A stretch of 64,000 nucleotides of DNA from Oikopleura dioica (lineage: Eukaryota > Animalia > Chordata): positions 8,432,001 to 8,496,000 of the forward strand of contig OU015569.1 in the NCBI GenBank assembly GCA_907165135.1, read 5' to 3'. The notes below the pieces were generated by a model, which was not told the origin of the DNA, searched no databases, and saw only the letters and a list, made by a program, of their open reading frames with translations. Made by a program: the position numbers and the translations under genes. Below are positions 1-11,844 of the stretch, piece after piece. Each line of letters starts with the position of its first letter. Position 1 is the stretch's first letter.

Positions 1-279
1 TATAGCCTTATCTTTTGTATTATCATGCATTTTCCGATTGAACTGGACGTCTGGTATGGTCAGTTTCTATCAACATCGAATAGGCCACACGCCGAGCAAC
101 TAACAACGACGATCTCATACTATTCAACTTTTAACTCTTGTACCCCTACTAGCCAAGGACATGTCTTCATATTACTCCTTACAGTGCAAAGCATTCACAC
201 TTCGCTTTTCGCATTCTGTCCAGAGTCGGAAATTCATAACTTGTTCAATCTGTCTACTGGATCGAATCAGAAAATATGA
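1..279 (+). CDS. Possible 3' end of an upstream gene (partial, product unknown)
   Basis: Frame is open from the window edge to TGA at 277-279, 22 nt before the proposed ILVBL ATG; no recognisable homology. Confidence 0.25.
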   Translation, partial: YSLIFCIIMHFPIELDVWYGQFLSTSNRPHAEQLTTTISYYSTFNSCTPTSQGHVFILLLTVQSIHTSLFAFCPESEIHNLFNLSTGSNQKI

Positions 280-301
280 TGGAACAAAAGATCCATTAAG
301 A

Positions 302-2259
302 ATGTCGTCGACGCTTCGGCGCTTTCGACAGATATGCAGTCGAACGTGGAAAACCTCTAATCTAAGGTGAGCGTTAAACACCCTTGTTATTAACAAGCTG
401 TTACTATATTTAATTATCGTCTTCTTACATTTCCGTCTTAGGCGTATCATGTCTTATGCTATGATGCCTGCTCCGAATCTGAGCGAAAAACGACACGGCG
501 GGAACGTCGTGGCGAGCGTTTTGAAGGCGAATGCTGTTGATTCCATCTTTGTGCTCTCCGGCGGACATGTCTCACCAATATTTGTCGGCTGCGAAGAACT
601 CGGAATACGCGTGATCGACACACGAAATGAGTCAAATGCAGTGTTTGCAGCCGATGCGAATGCTCGACTAACCGGCGGCATCGGGGTAGCTGTTGTTACT
701 GCTGGCCCGGGTGTTACCAACACGGTTACAGCGCTGAAAAACGCTCAAATGGCGGGAAGCCCCGTTCTACTTCTCGGTGGCGCTGCGGCGACTTTGCTGA
801 AGGGGAGAGGGGCCCTTCAAGACATCGAGCAACTGGATGTTCTGAGAACTGTGTGCAAGGAAACGTTTACTGTCTCCACTGTGCGCGACATTGTACCAAC
901 ACTACACAGTGCGATTGAATGCGCGATTTCTGGCAATCCTGGACCGGTGTTCGTTGAATTGCCGATCGACACTCTTTACCCGATGGAGATGGCACAAAGT
1001 GAGCTAAACCCGCCTACTGGTAATACTGCAGGAGCGAAAGTTGTGAAACTTTTTCTGGACGCTTACATTCACAATCTCTTCACGCGAGGATTCGACAACT
1101 CAGCTTCGATGATTACTCCGAGAGCTCTTCCAATTTCAGAAGGGGCCGTAGAGGATGCGAAGTCGTTACTCCTCCAAGCTAAACGGCCTGTCTTCGTTCT
1201 TCAATCACAGACAGTTCTTCAACCGTCAAAGCTTCATCATCTCGCTGATCTTCTTGAGAAGACCGGCGCTCCAGTTTTTCTCGGAGGAATGGCCAGAGGA
1301 TTATTAGGTGGCGAATCTACTGTTCAATGTCGACACGCACGTGGAAATGCTCTGAAAGAAGCCGATGTAATCTTTTTGTGCGGAGTTCCACCCGATTTTC
1401 GTCTTAATTACGGCAGAAACCTCCCAAAATCTGCGAAAATCGTCACAATAAATCGTGACCCTGACGCGTTAAAGCAGAACACTGATCTTTTCTGGAAGCC
1501 GAAGATGGCTGTTAACGCGGACCCAGCTGATTTCATGATTGCTCTCCTTGAGAAATGTCCATCTAATGTCGCACCAGAGTGGCTTGAGACATGCAAAAAT
1601 CGAGACGATGATCGTGACGAAGAAATAGCTGAGAAAGCGTCATCACCCGCGACTGATGGAATTAATCCAATTCATTTGTTTAGGGAGCTTGACTCTATTC
1701 TGCCAGACGATACCATCCTTATCGCCGATGGTGGTGACTTTGTTGGTACTGGTAGCTACATCTTACGTCCTAGAGCTCCTCTTAGCTGGCTTGACCCAGG
1801 TGCTTACGGTACACTCGGTGTTGGAGGTGGATTCGCACTTGGTGCGGCGGCGGCTTTTCCTGATCGTCCAGTTCTTATTGTCTACGGTGATGGGTCCTGC
1901 GGGTATTCCTTGATTGAGGTGGATTCGATCAAACGACTTGGCTTCGATAATATCCACTGTATTATTGGCAACGATGGCCGATGGAATCAAATCCTTCGCG
2001 CTCAGGAACAATTACTCGGTTCTCCAGTTGCTAACATGCTCGAGCGATCGGAATATGAAAAAATTGCCCATGCGTTTGGAGCAGATGGGATCAAACTTGG
2101 GCCGGAGGACAAGGATCTAGCTCTAACTTTCTCAAGTATATAACATTTTCACTTTTTAAACTCATATCGTGATTAGAAATTTTGAAGTCAGGCAAACCGA
2201 CGGTTATCAACGCGCTCCTTGGGTCGACCGATTTCAGAGATGGCTCAATATCAGTGTAA
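302..2259 (+). CDS. ILVBL: Acetolactate synthase-like / 2-hydroxyacyl-CoA lyase 2 (ThDP enzyme)
   Basis: ORF 449-2143 has [23 protein letters not shown] and the ThDP motif GDGSCG...GNDGRWNQI. Last exon ends [12 protein letters not shown] (stop 2257-2259). A GT-AG intron 367-441 joins an in-frame upstream exon starting at ATG 302. Confidence 0.9.
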
Positions 2260-2407
2260 CTCAAAGTGCGGCACTATTCGACATTATTTGCAGTTCGTTC
2301 AAAGCTTTTAATTCATATAATTTTGTTTTCTGATTCTTCAATTCTTCCTTCTTGATTTCTGATAGAAATTAATTCCTTCTAATTATTTGACGAGCATTTA
2401 TTCAAGA

Positions 2408-3982
2408 ATGACGTCTCGGGTTAACGATTTGCGACAACTGCTTAATGATGCACAGAGACCTGATGGACAGGATCCTGATTACAACCGCAGTGAAAGTCAA
2501 AGTGAGTTTTGATCGGTAACATAGTACCTCATTGTTTGAAATAGATTCTACAGCGAATCCTCCGCCAGCATTTCTGACGAAATTATGGCAGTTAGTCAAT
2601 GAAGGCGATCCAGATCTTGTTGGATGGTCTGAGAGTGGAAAATCCTTCATTGTTAAAGACCAAAATCTCTTCGCAAAGAGAGTCTTGCCCAACTATTTCA
2701 AGCACCAAAAAATGAATAGTTTCGTAAGACAGCTCAACATGTACGGATTCAAAAAGGTAGAGACAACAGCTTTTAGTCGCAAAGTCTATTTATTCCAAAG
2801 GTTCCGAAGATGACCGAAGGCACACTTCACACGGTTGACTACGAAATGATAGAGTTTCAAAATGAACTCTTCGTTCGTGGCAAGCCCGACCTGATCGCCA
2901 AGATACGACGAAAGGACGCAAAGCCTCGTCCTATGGTCACTCAGGTACATTCCTTGATAGATATGTGACAAGTAACTCTAATTCAGAATAAACACGTAAC
3001 GGACCTCTTGGAGGATCTTCAAGATCAACAGCGACAGACCCACCGTGACTTCGAGCGCTTGAAGGAGAAAAATTCTGACCTCTGGCGACAGGTTTCCACT
3101 CTGCGTAAGAAACATGATAAGCAGCAGGATACCGTAAATCGGCTCATAAGCTTCATGATTCACTACATCCAGCAGAGTCCGGTAAGTCCCGGTGGCAATC
3201 ACCAGAACTTTCCTCAAGTCCAATCAAACAAACAGGTGCCTCAAATAGAACATGAAAAGGTACAGTGATTACATTTACATCTCGCATGGATGAAAGCAAC
3301 TTCTTACCCTATAAATTTCAAGAAGATTGCTTTCATCGCACTCATTTATTGTTAATTAAAGACCACAGTGCATGTTTTCCGTAATTTAAAGAATGCTCAT
3401 AACCCTTCTTTCAGTCAAATCAACTACAACTTGGTCAGAAACGGAGCGCTCTTGCACTCACCAATGGCGCCAGCGATGGAAACGAAGGACCGTACAAAAT
3501 GGTCCGCTCAAACGATTACGTTACTGAGTCAATCCCGAAAATAGCTCCTGAATCTCCATTGACAAGTGCTCTCCGATCCACGCGTGGCCCTGTTTCGCTC
3601 GAAGATGACGATTACGGAAATTCTAACACCTATTTTCTGAAAGCTTCATCTGGTGATTTATCTTTTCTTGACGAAATATAATAACATTTCTTTACAAAAT
3701 ACAGAAAACGCTATCATGAGTTCTGATCCAAACGCACCTGAAATCCAAGAAATCATTTCCGATAAGCCAACGCATTACAATCTCGAGTTGGTTGACTCTC
3801 CTTCCACGTCGGGCAACTTCGACCAGAACGGAGACCCCATCAAGGACATTGAAGGGTCAATCCAACGTCAGGAGACTACTCTGTCGAACATTATCACCAA
3901 CATTATGAGCGAAGGGCAGCAGGGCGACAGTTTCTCCTTCGATGCCTCTGAGATGAACTTCGATGATTTCGCAGCTGGCTAA
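2408..3982 (+). CDS. HSF1: Heat shock transcription factor
   Basis: HSF DNA-binding domain PAFLTKLW...[21 protein letters not shown] and HR-A/B region [29 protein letters not shown]-type; GT-AG introns keep the frame. Paralog assignment is approximate. Confidence 0.88.
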
Positions 3983-4432
3983 GTATCTGTCGAAGGTTAG
4001 AATCCAATTAATTTGAAGAGATCTTCAGTATCACTTTCAGTGTTTGCAGGAAGAGTTCGAATGATCGCGAGTCAAGAATGCTTCAATCTTCACTGTCCTG
4101 TCATCCCTGACGTCTATTTCAGACCTTTTTATGGCTGTACAAAAATCAATTCATTTGGGTATCTTATTGCTAGATAGAGTACTCCCCGATTAACGGATAT
4201 TATAATGTACTGTGAAATATTTTATAAAAAAAAAAACTGCTGAACATCTCCATCGTAATAACCTAAACTATTTCATGATTCAATAAATTCTCCTTCACAT
4301 AAAATCAAATTACTCGTATGTCTATGCATAAACCTCAAAAGCTTTGATTTTCAACATTATATACAGTCTATTCGTTAAGTTAAAGTCAGCACGCATTCAA
4401 TAAAATTAGTTTAGAATTTTGTTTAAGTCGCG

Positions 4433-4777
4433 ATGGCGGCTGTTGCTCCAGTAAATCCAAAGCCTTTCTTGAATTCTCTCACTGGTAAACCGGTTCAGGT
4501 TAAGCTCAAGTGGGGGATGGAATACAAGGTAATTGCATTCACCATTCGAAATACGGATTTTTCAGGGGTACCTCATGGCCGTTGATGGCTACATGAATCT
4601 GCAATTAGGAAACTCCGAGGAATACATCGACGGTGCTCTTGCGGGCCACCTCGGCGAGATTCTCATCCGATGTAACAATGTTCTCTACATCAGAGGTCGA
4701 ATATTTATATCTTCTCTTAAGTTGACGTTGTTTAAGGTGTCGACGAAGAAGCCGAAGAAGGAGAAAGCAAGGAATAG
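4433..4777 (+). CDS. SNRPF: Small nuclear ribonucleoprotein Sm F
   Basis: Spliced product [46 protein letters not shown]...[15 protein letters not shown]; two GT-AG introns. Confidence 0.96.
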
Positions 4778-4905
4778 ACGTTTTTTGGAAGCAATTGAAT
4801 CAAAATTTTGTCCACGTTGCCCGGGGGTAGCCACTCTAGGGAGCGTTATCTTGTGCAAAATTAAATACTGCCTCTGAACCTTCGTTGATCACAAGACATT
4901 TAGAA

Positions 4906-6228
4906 ATGAGCGTCTTTCGGCCCCTAGCAGGCAGACGGATCGTCGACCTTACAAGAGTTCTTGCCGGGCCATTCTGTACTCAACTTCTTGGTGATTGGGG
5001 AGCTGATGTGATCAAAGTCGAGCAACCAGGTAAGAATCTACGTATGCTCTTGAAAATTATCTACTGAATAGATCAGGAACTGGCGATGATACAAGACATT
5101 GGGGTCCACCATTCGATCAAGAGGGTACCGCGATCTATTTTCACTCAATAAATCGAAACAAGAAAAGCCTTGCTGTTGATTTTCGCCGGAAAGAAGGACT
5201 GAGAATAATCGAGAAACTCGTTGCCGACTCTGACGTTTTCGTAGAAAACTATATTCCTGGCAAGCTTGCGGAGTACGGTCTCGGCTATGAGGACCTGAAA
5301 AGCATCAATCCGAAGATAGTTTACGCAAGTCTATCTGGATTCGGACAGCAATCCACGAGGGCTGGTTATGATGTGATTGTTGCATCAGTTGGCGGTCTTA
5401 TGTCAATCACTGGCGATGCTGATGGACCTCCTGCTCGAGTCGGAGTAGCCGTAACTGATTTATTCACTGGCTCTTTGATGTCCAACGCCATCCTCGCAGC
5501 CCTTCATCACGTCGAGAGCAATAATGAGGCCGTTTGGGTGCAGTCTTCTCTTTTGCAATCACAAGCAGCGATGCTCAGTCATATTGGTGCCAACTTCCTC
5601 ACAGCTGGAATTGATGGCAAACGATATGGAACTGCTCACCCTAGTTTAGGTTTCATTGCCGATCCGTCACTTTTAACTCAATTGTTTAGTTCCTTATCAA
5701 TCCTTTCCCACAAAAGATGGTAAATACATAACTGTGGGAGCAGGGAATAATCGCCACTTCGAAGAGATTTGTGACGTTATGGCGATTCCAGGTACTTATT
5801 GTCGCTTTGCGCATATCAATTATTGTTTCAGAACTTTCAGTTGATACGCGCTTTAATTCTACGGGAAACCGTGTTATCAATCGACAGCCACTGATTAAAC
5901 TTCTGTCGGATCGCTTCTCTAAAAAGACACGCGAAGAATGGGAAACATTGTTCGAAAAAATAATGTCAAATTTCCGTGGGGCGGTGTTAACTCCATTGCA
6001 GAAGCATTTACTCTTCCAGAAGTAGCCGATTTAACACTATCATTTGATCGCGAGGGCGGTGAGAGAATTACAGTTCCAGGGACACCAGTGACTTTTGACA
6101 AAGAACTTATCCCACCATCACCTGTACCACGCCTTGGTGAACATTCTTCCTCTGTTGTTGCCTCCCTTGGCTATACTGAGAAAGAGATTTCTGAGCTCGT
6201 TAAAAACTCTATAATTCAACAAGGATAA
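4906..6228 (+). CDS. SUGCT: CaiB/BaiF family III CoA-transferase (succinate-hydroxymethylglutarate CoA-transferase)
   Basis: [70 protein letters not shown]. Apparent 1-nt frameshift in an A6 run at 5955-5960. Confidence 0.9.
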
Positions 6229-6355
6229 CTTTGTGCTTTTAACAAAATTCTGAATATTATATTCGTTTTTATCAGTGTCACTTTGACACTAGAGTATAAC
6301 ATTAGTCAATTGCACTAAAATTAATAAAACCTTTTATTTTTAGAATTTAGTCGAA

Positions 6356-6864
6356 ATGGGAAACATTCTTCAGTCACCAACAGAATCATTCAAAATCTTA
6401 GCGAACGAATACACTGCCTTCGAACGTATGTTCCAGCATTTTTTGTCAAGATATAACGATGAACTTTAGAAATGTGGCTCCGCACATTTTATGCTGTCGC
6501 CTTGAGCTCAATAGGAATGCATATATTTGCCGTTATCACCTGTCTCTTTACTCTAATGAAGCACAGTAAAGGGAGATGGTACTCCATTCTTCTGATAATA
6601 AACGCGGTTCTCTTTCCTCTTATTGTTGGCTTAATAAGTTCAGGTATGCCATAAATTAGATTGATGACCTTGGAAAGAGTATTTTATTTAGCCATAATCG
6701 CGGGAGTTTATTTCGTCCTTGACTGGTCTATGGAGTCATTTGTAGTCATCATCTGGGGAATGGGACAGGTAAATTCAGTCTTACGATATCAATTTTTCAC
6801 CTTTGTCTTTCAGACTATTCTCCTTTTCATCATGTCCATGTGCAGACTGTTATGCACACTGTGA
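6356..6864 (+). CDS. TMEM170: Transmembrane protein 170 family
   Basis: Spliced product FEQMWLRTFYAVALSSIGMHIFAVITCLFTLMKHSKGRW...AIIAGVY...WGMGQ...RLLCTL* matches the TMEM170 pattern (EMW...ALFTLRHHKYGR...AAIAGVY...GQ...RILATL). Confidence 0.8.
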
Positions 6865-7699
6865 AAGCTTGTGAATACAGTGCCATTTGTATATTCGTCG
6901 CCAATATGTTCAATCACGTGTAAATTGAAATTATGCTCACTGCCAGCTAAAACCAACATGTCCTATCTGCATATAAATAAAATTTTATACTTACCAAGCT
7001 ACGTTTCAAAAAATTCTAACCCGCATCGACGAATAATAACGAGTGGGTTACTTTGTTAAATTGTTGTTATTAGCAGGATCCAATAAGTACTCATGTTGTA
7101 TAGTAATTACTCGAAATCCCTTTTATGTGCTAATAATTTGCCAATATACACGTGCCATAAAAATCTTTGTGGCCTTGCATTGCTATCCCAAATGGGAAAA
7201 TATGTTCCTATCCAAACAAGACGAAGTATCCGCACTTAATCCGTAGGCGAGTTGTCTAAATGTTTGTCTAATTGAATTGTCACGGCTGATGTAAGTGCTC
7301 TTGCATCCGAAACTCCATTCAGAGATGAATGAACTATTTTGCCAGGATCTTCCCTCAGTCAGAAGAAGAGTAAAAGAGCAGGTCTGAGCAGCTTTATTTT
7401 CGACTGTTCAGCATCCTAAATCTAGTATTTACGAAGACACACTACGAATTTCTCAAAACTTCAAGAATTCCGGAACTTAACTATTCAAGATGCCAGAAGA
7501 CTATCGGACTCGGATGTTTTTCGTACGTATTTAATACGATAATATCAGACCCCCTTGCAGTTATTTCCATGGTTATCATACAATAATCGTAAATACGCAA
7601 AAATAATTATTTTGCATCGAAGCTCCTTTTTTGCAAAAAATAAATCAATGATTTCTCATTATTAACCAAGACATAATTTAACGAAAAGCTAAACTAGAG

Positions 7700-8407
7700 A
7701 TTTAGCGGATAGAACACATTTACTAACATTGAAATAGAGAGGCCGGAAGCAAAAGCGTGGCTTGAAGAGTTCGGATTCAAAAAGGGATCGTTTATCGAAC
7801 GAAAGAAACAGTCAATAGGTTCCACTTCTTCGGCGTCGTCTTCTGACAGATGGTCGTTTGAAGAGATTGACAAAACAGTACTACCATTGGGTGTTGGAAT
7901 CAGATCTACGTTAGGTAAGATTCTTACCAATTCGTAACTTTCGAGTCGAAAGACAGTCACGAAAAGCATAGTGCGTATTCTCAGGGACACTGCGAAGCCA
8001 CAAAGAGATATTTGTATTTGTTTATCATTCTGATAATGACATTTTGTTGAATGAGAATCAGATAGTGTCAGATCTCGCTCGGCATTTCCAGTCGGGCATT
8101 ATTCCAAAGTGCTCGTTCAGAAAAGCACATAATGCATTGGGATTGACGTAATTTAAAAAGTGAGTTACATCTTGTTCAGACGGAAAGCATACAATCACCC
8201 ATGTCCAGCCGGGCTCGCCGGCGCACCTTTCTGGAATGAAGAAGAATGATAAAATACTAAAAGTCAATGGTATTCACACATCTGAACTGGCGAATTATCA
8301 ATTAGTGAAGGTAGAATATCATTTTGGCCTCATTATCTTAATATTATGTCAAGATGCTGAGTATGAACTGTGGCGGAATGCAAATACACGTTGAGTCTGA
8401 TATTTAA
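7700..8407 (+). CDS. PDZ-domain protein (5' end unresolved)
   Basis: Joined exons read LPLGVGIRSTL-DGKHTITHVQPGSPAHLSGMKKNDKILKVNG...LVK-MLSMNCGGMQIHVESDI*, a complete C-terminal PDZ. Not shown in the ORF track. Confidence 0.65.
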
Positions 8408-8683
8408 CTGTAATAATCGACCCTCAAATCATGTAAATAAAAGTAAAAATTCGGATTTAGAAGCTGTTGACTTCAGCATTTGTTTCTTGAGATGCACCGT
8501 TCATCGAAGACAGTCGATAAAAGAGGAAACAACTTATATTTACAAATGTACAGAATAGATGTTTTATACAGTAGGGCCTTCAATCAAAAAGTCGCGAGAA
8601 AACGCTCTGTTTGACGGGAAAAATATCTTTACGCTCACGCAGCATTTCTTCGAGTAGCTCTTTTCGAAAAAATATATTAATGT

Positions 8684-11600
8684 CTAAGATGATTTTACTC
8701 TACCTGGGCTCATTTGTTGAGGGTGAACGTCTTCTGGATCCGGAGTAAGAAAACGTGGAGACTCACACTTGAGCACAGTGATCCCATCCTTCTTCATTAA
8801 AAAGTTGTTTGCAGGAGAGATTCCTTTTTGAAGCAAAACACGCTGCAATTCATCGTAGATGTCTACCGCATCTTTTGTAGATCTTCGGCGTCTTCGTCTG
8901 CCATTTTCGAAATGATCTCTTAGAGCATTATTGTACATTTTTGTCTCGGAAACAAGGCTCTCTAGCTCTCGAAGGCGATTTTCAGGCAATTCTAAATCAA
9001 AGTCAAAAAGAGCTTTTTTAACAATCATACTCTCTGCGTTTTCTTTCTCCAGCTTTGTGCGAATATTGTCTGGAACTCTTCGTCTGTGTCCATTAACCCA
9101 AACGTATTCCGAATACTTCTTTGGCCGGTTGATTGATTGCAAGGCTTCCTTTGCCCACCGAGGAAGAGTTGATGTGTAACGCCACCACATTGGCGTTGTT
9201 GTTGTTGGGACTCGCGTCGTCGTTGTTGTCTGTACTGTTGGCAGCAGTTCTGTCTCAAGTTTTCTTGCAAAAAGTTACTTATACGTTGAACTTGATATGA
9301 GTATACCTTGGAATACGCCTGGGCTGCACCTTTCCCCAAAGAGAGTCAACCGAGCCCGCTTTGGCTCCGAATGGAACGCTTTCGCCGACAATATTGTTGC
9401 TATCGCCAGATTTTTTTACATTCAATGGATTAGAGTGTAAACCAGACAGAATCGCTTCAAGAGGATCGATTTTCTTTCCAACCTTTGTGACACTTGTATC
9501 TTCAAGCATCTGACGAAGATCTTTTTCATCCCACTCGATTGGAGACTTGATAGACTGGGCCTTTTCGTAAGAGTTGGGCGTAGTCCTTTTAGTAGAAGGT
9601 TTCGCTTTCTTCTGGAAATTCTTTCGGGGAGTAGTTGGGGAGCTCTTCGCACTGCCGGATTTTAGTTGAGTATACCTGGTGAGAAGATCGGCAGCAGTTG
9701 TTTTCTTTTCGATCGGTTTTTTAGTTATTTGGTTTCTGGCTGGAATTGGGTTTTCTTTGCGAGCAAACGAGTTGTAATTCGATGCGAGGACTTTCGGTTT
9801 ATGAGTTGTGGGAGGTTTTACGGTAGTTTTTGAGGCTTTAGCGGACTTATTTCTTTTAATTGGATTCAGCCACATATTTCCAACGCTTAGATTTCTTATA
9901 GAGCGGGTTGTTTTCGGGGCCGTGGTAGATGCTACTTTAGGAGCGGGGGAAGTAGCGGGTTTAGGAGGTGTGTATACAGAAAAAAGGGACTTTTTGTTTT
10001 GCGAAAAGCCGCCCCAAAAGTTTGATGGTGGTTTATATTGATAACTATCGTTATTTGAGCTAGACGATTTTATTTGTACTTCAGGGGTATACTTAGGGAA
10101 GCTATTTATAGTCCTGGTGGAAGCGATTCGACGGTTTTCTTCAAATTTGCCAACGAATTTATTTGAACTGAATTTGTTGCAAACGTCCACTCTCGAGCAA
10201 GTCTTGCAATCTCCCATCTTCAGAGCAGTCTAGTTAATCTTTTAGTTTTTTGCGCATAGAAAGTTATAATTACAGTTACTGGACCACTAAGTCTCGAAGG
10301 AAGCCTTTCACCCTCGCGCCAAGAGTAAGATCGTCTAAATACAAATTTGATAAATTCTCCTGAAAGAATATTTTTACCTATATCTTCGAACTGGTGTAGC
10401 TTTATTTTGAGCTGGAACTCGTCCCCGGAAGCACCCAATAAAATAAGGATAATCGGCAGTAACATGGTATCGATAGTCGTGCCCATGCCATTTCCCGTGG
10501 CACTCATCCAGGTCCTTAATGAATGCTTAAAAACAGCTGCGCTATTTTGAGAAATTTTATTCTAGACTTAAAAAAGGCTCAAGAACTCTCAATGAAAACT
10601 CATAAGTTATAAAGGATCATTTCACGTGAATTCACCTTTGAAGTCAATTGTGCTCCATCATCATCAATTGGCCCGTAAATAGGAAACCCATCGAGAGCGA
10701 CACCGAGGATGCCCGATCGCGTGCCGAAGGAGCACTGCTCCAAACATTTTGGATAGATGTGGTACCTGAATCCGCTTTAGTTGAAAGCGTGTGCTTAGAC
10801 AACTCACCGGTAGATCCCTTCTTTGTCTGCAAGTCCATTGCACGTATCCATCTTCGACAAATTGGAAATTGCGGCATCGCAGCAAGCCATGGTTTGCGAA
10901 TTGTAGATCGGAACTCCATTTAGCGCCAATCCAACCATTCCTTGACCTGCCAAAGGTTCAAAAAATTTTACAAACTCGGAGAAAAATTTTCCTGCCGATT
11001 TCTGCCCCAGGAGGAAGTTCTCGCTAGCGGTGTGTAAATTTTTGAACCATTCCTGCACATTCTGGTTCCTAATCGAAATCTCAGAAAACATTCTTTCTGT
11101 TTATTTAGCCACACGGGCAAAATATGACTAGAACACGTTTCAATAGCATTTAAAATTTGTTCCAAAATACAGTAGCTGCGTAAGCTTATATTTAGCAACT
11201 AAAGATTATATTCGGAAGTAAAAAGTTTTAAACCCTAAATCTCTGCTTTCATGCAGCTGTTGTCAAAATAGTAGATTAAGGTGTTGCTTTTATCTCGGGC
11301 TATTAATTGAATAGAACTCGCTTTGTGGCCTTCTAACTCTTGCCCTTATCGTCCCCTTTGTGGGCAATTTGAAATGACAAGACGTGGCAGAGGACGAAAG
11401 ATTTGGATAACCCAGCGACACCTGGCTAAGAGCTTTCTTGCCAGTTCAACAAATCTACCTTAGATGCGCTATTAAGTATTCTAGGCTTCTGTCTATTTTG
11501 GTGGGTTTTGTCTCGGAGCATTACAAAATACTTTCCGATAGAGGGAAAAATGATGAGCTCGGCAATCTGTATTGATCCGAGTTACCACAATCGAGTTAGG

Positions 11601-11844
11601 GTAATTGTATTCGAGATCGTATGTCAGTTTACATAATTTGCGACGTTTACCTGAAGTGCAAGAGGCGTCTTTGGCACCACAAGCTTAATCGTTTGCGGCC
11701 GTGCATTTGCATCGGCGGCATGATCGGGCAACCCGTTCGATTCAAAGATGAAAAAACGGCCGATGTCGTCGACAGTCAGTCGGCAGTCTGGAGATCTAGA
11801 GTCGTAACGGCATTTGAAAGCGGATCGTTCCGAATATTTTAGAC
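8684..11844 (-). CDS. YHYH-domain protein with long S/T/K/P-rich tail (5' exons unresolved)
   Basis: Exons give ESNGLPDH...PKTP, GMVGLALNGVPIY, DTCNG...GIYRYH, GVALDGFPIYGP and DLDECHG...YRYHVTADYPYFIGCFRG. Phase-compatible GT-AG introns link these to ORFs 9279-10217 and 8684-9190. Candidate signal-peptide exon MARLNLLAILPVVIH at 12907-12952. Confidence 0.75.

Larger units (their letters stand above)
302..6864 (+). other. Putative polycistronic cluster ILVBL-HSF-SNRPF-SUGCT-TMEM170
   Basis: Same strand; stop-to-ATG gaps about 148, 450, 128 and 127 nt; T-rich AG acceptors 1-5 nt before the ATGs (TTAAG-aATG, TTCAAG-aATG, TTTAAG-tcgcgATG, TTTAG-aaATG, TTTAG-tcgaaATG). Trans-splicing is inferred. 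Confidence 0.6.

Noticed and set aside
10220-10507. ORF with an apparent signal peptide (MLLPIILILLGASG)
   Set aside because: It is a shadow frame; the overlapping frame encodes the conserved YHYH C-terminus DLDECHG...YRYHVTADYPYFIGCFRG.
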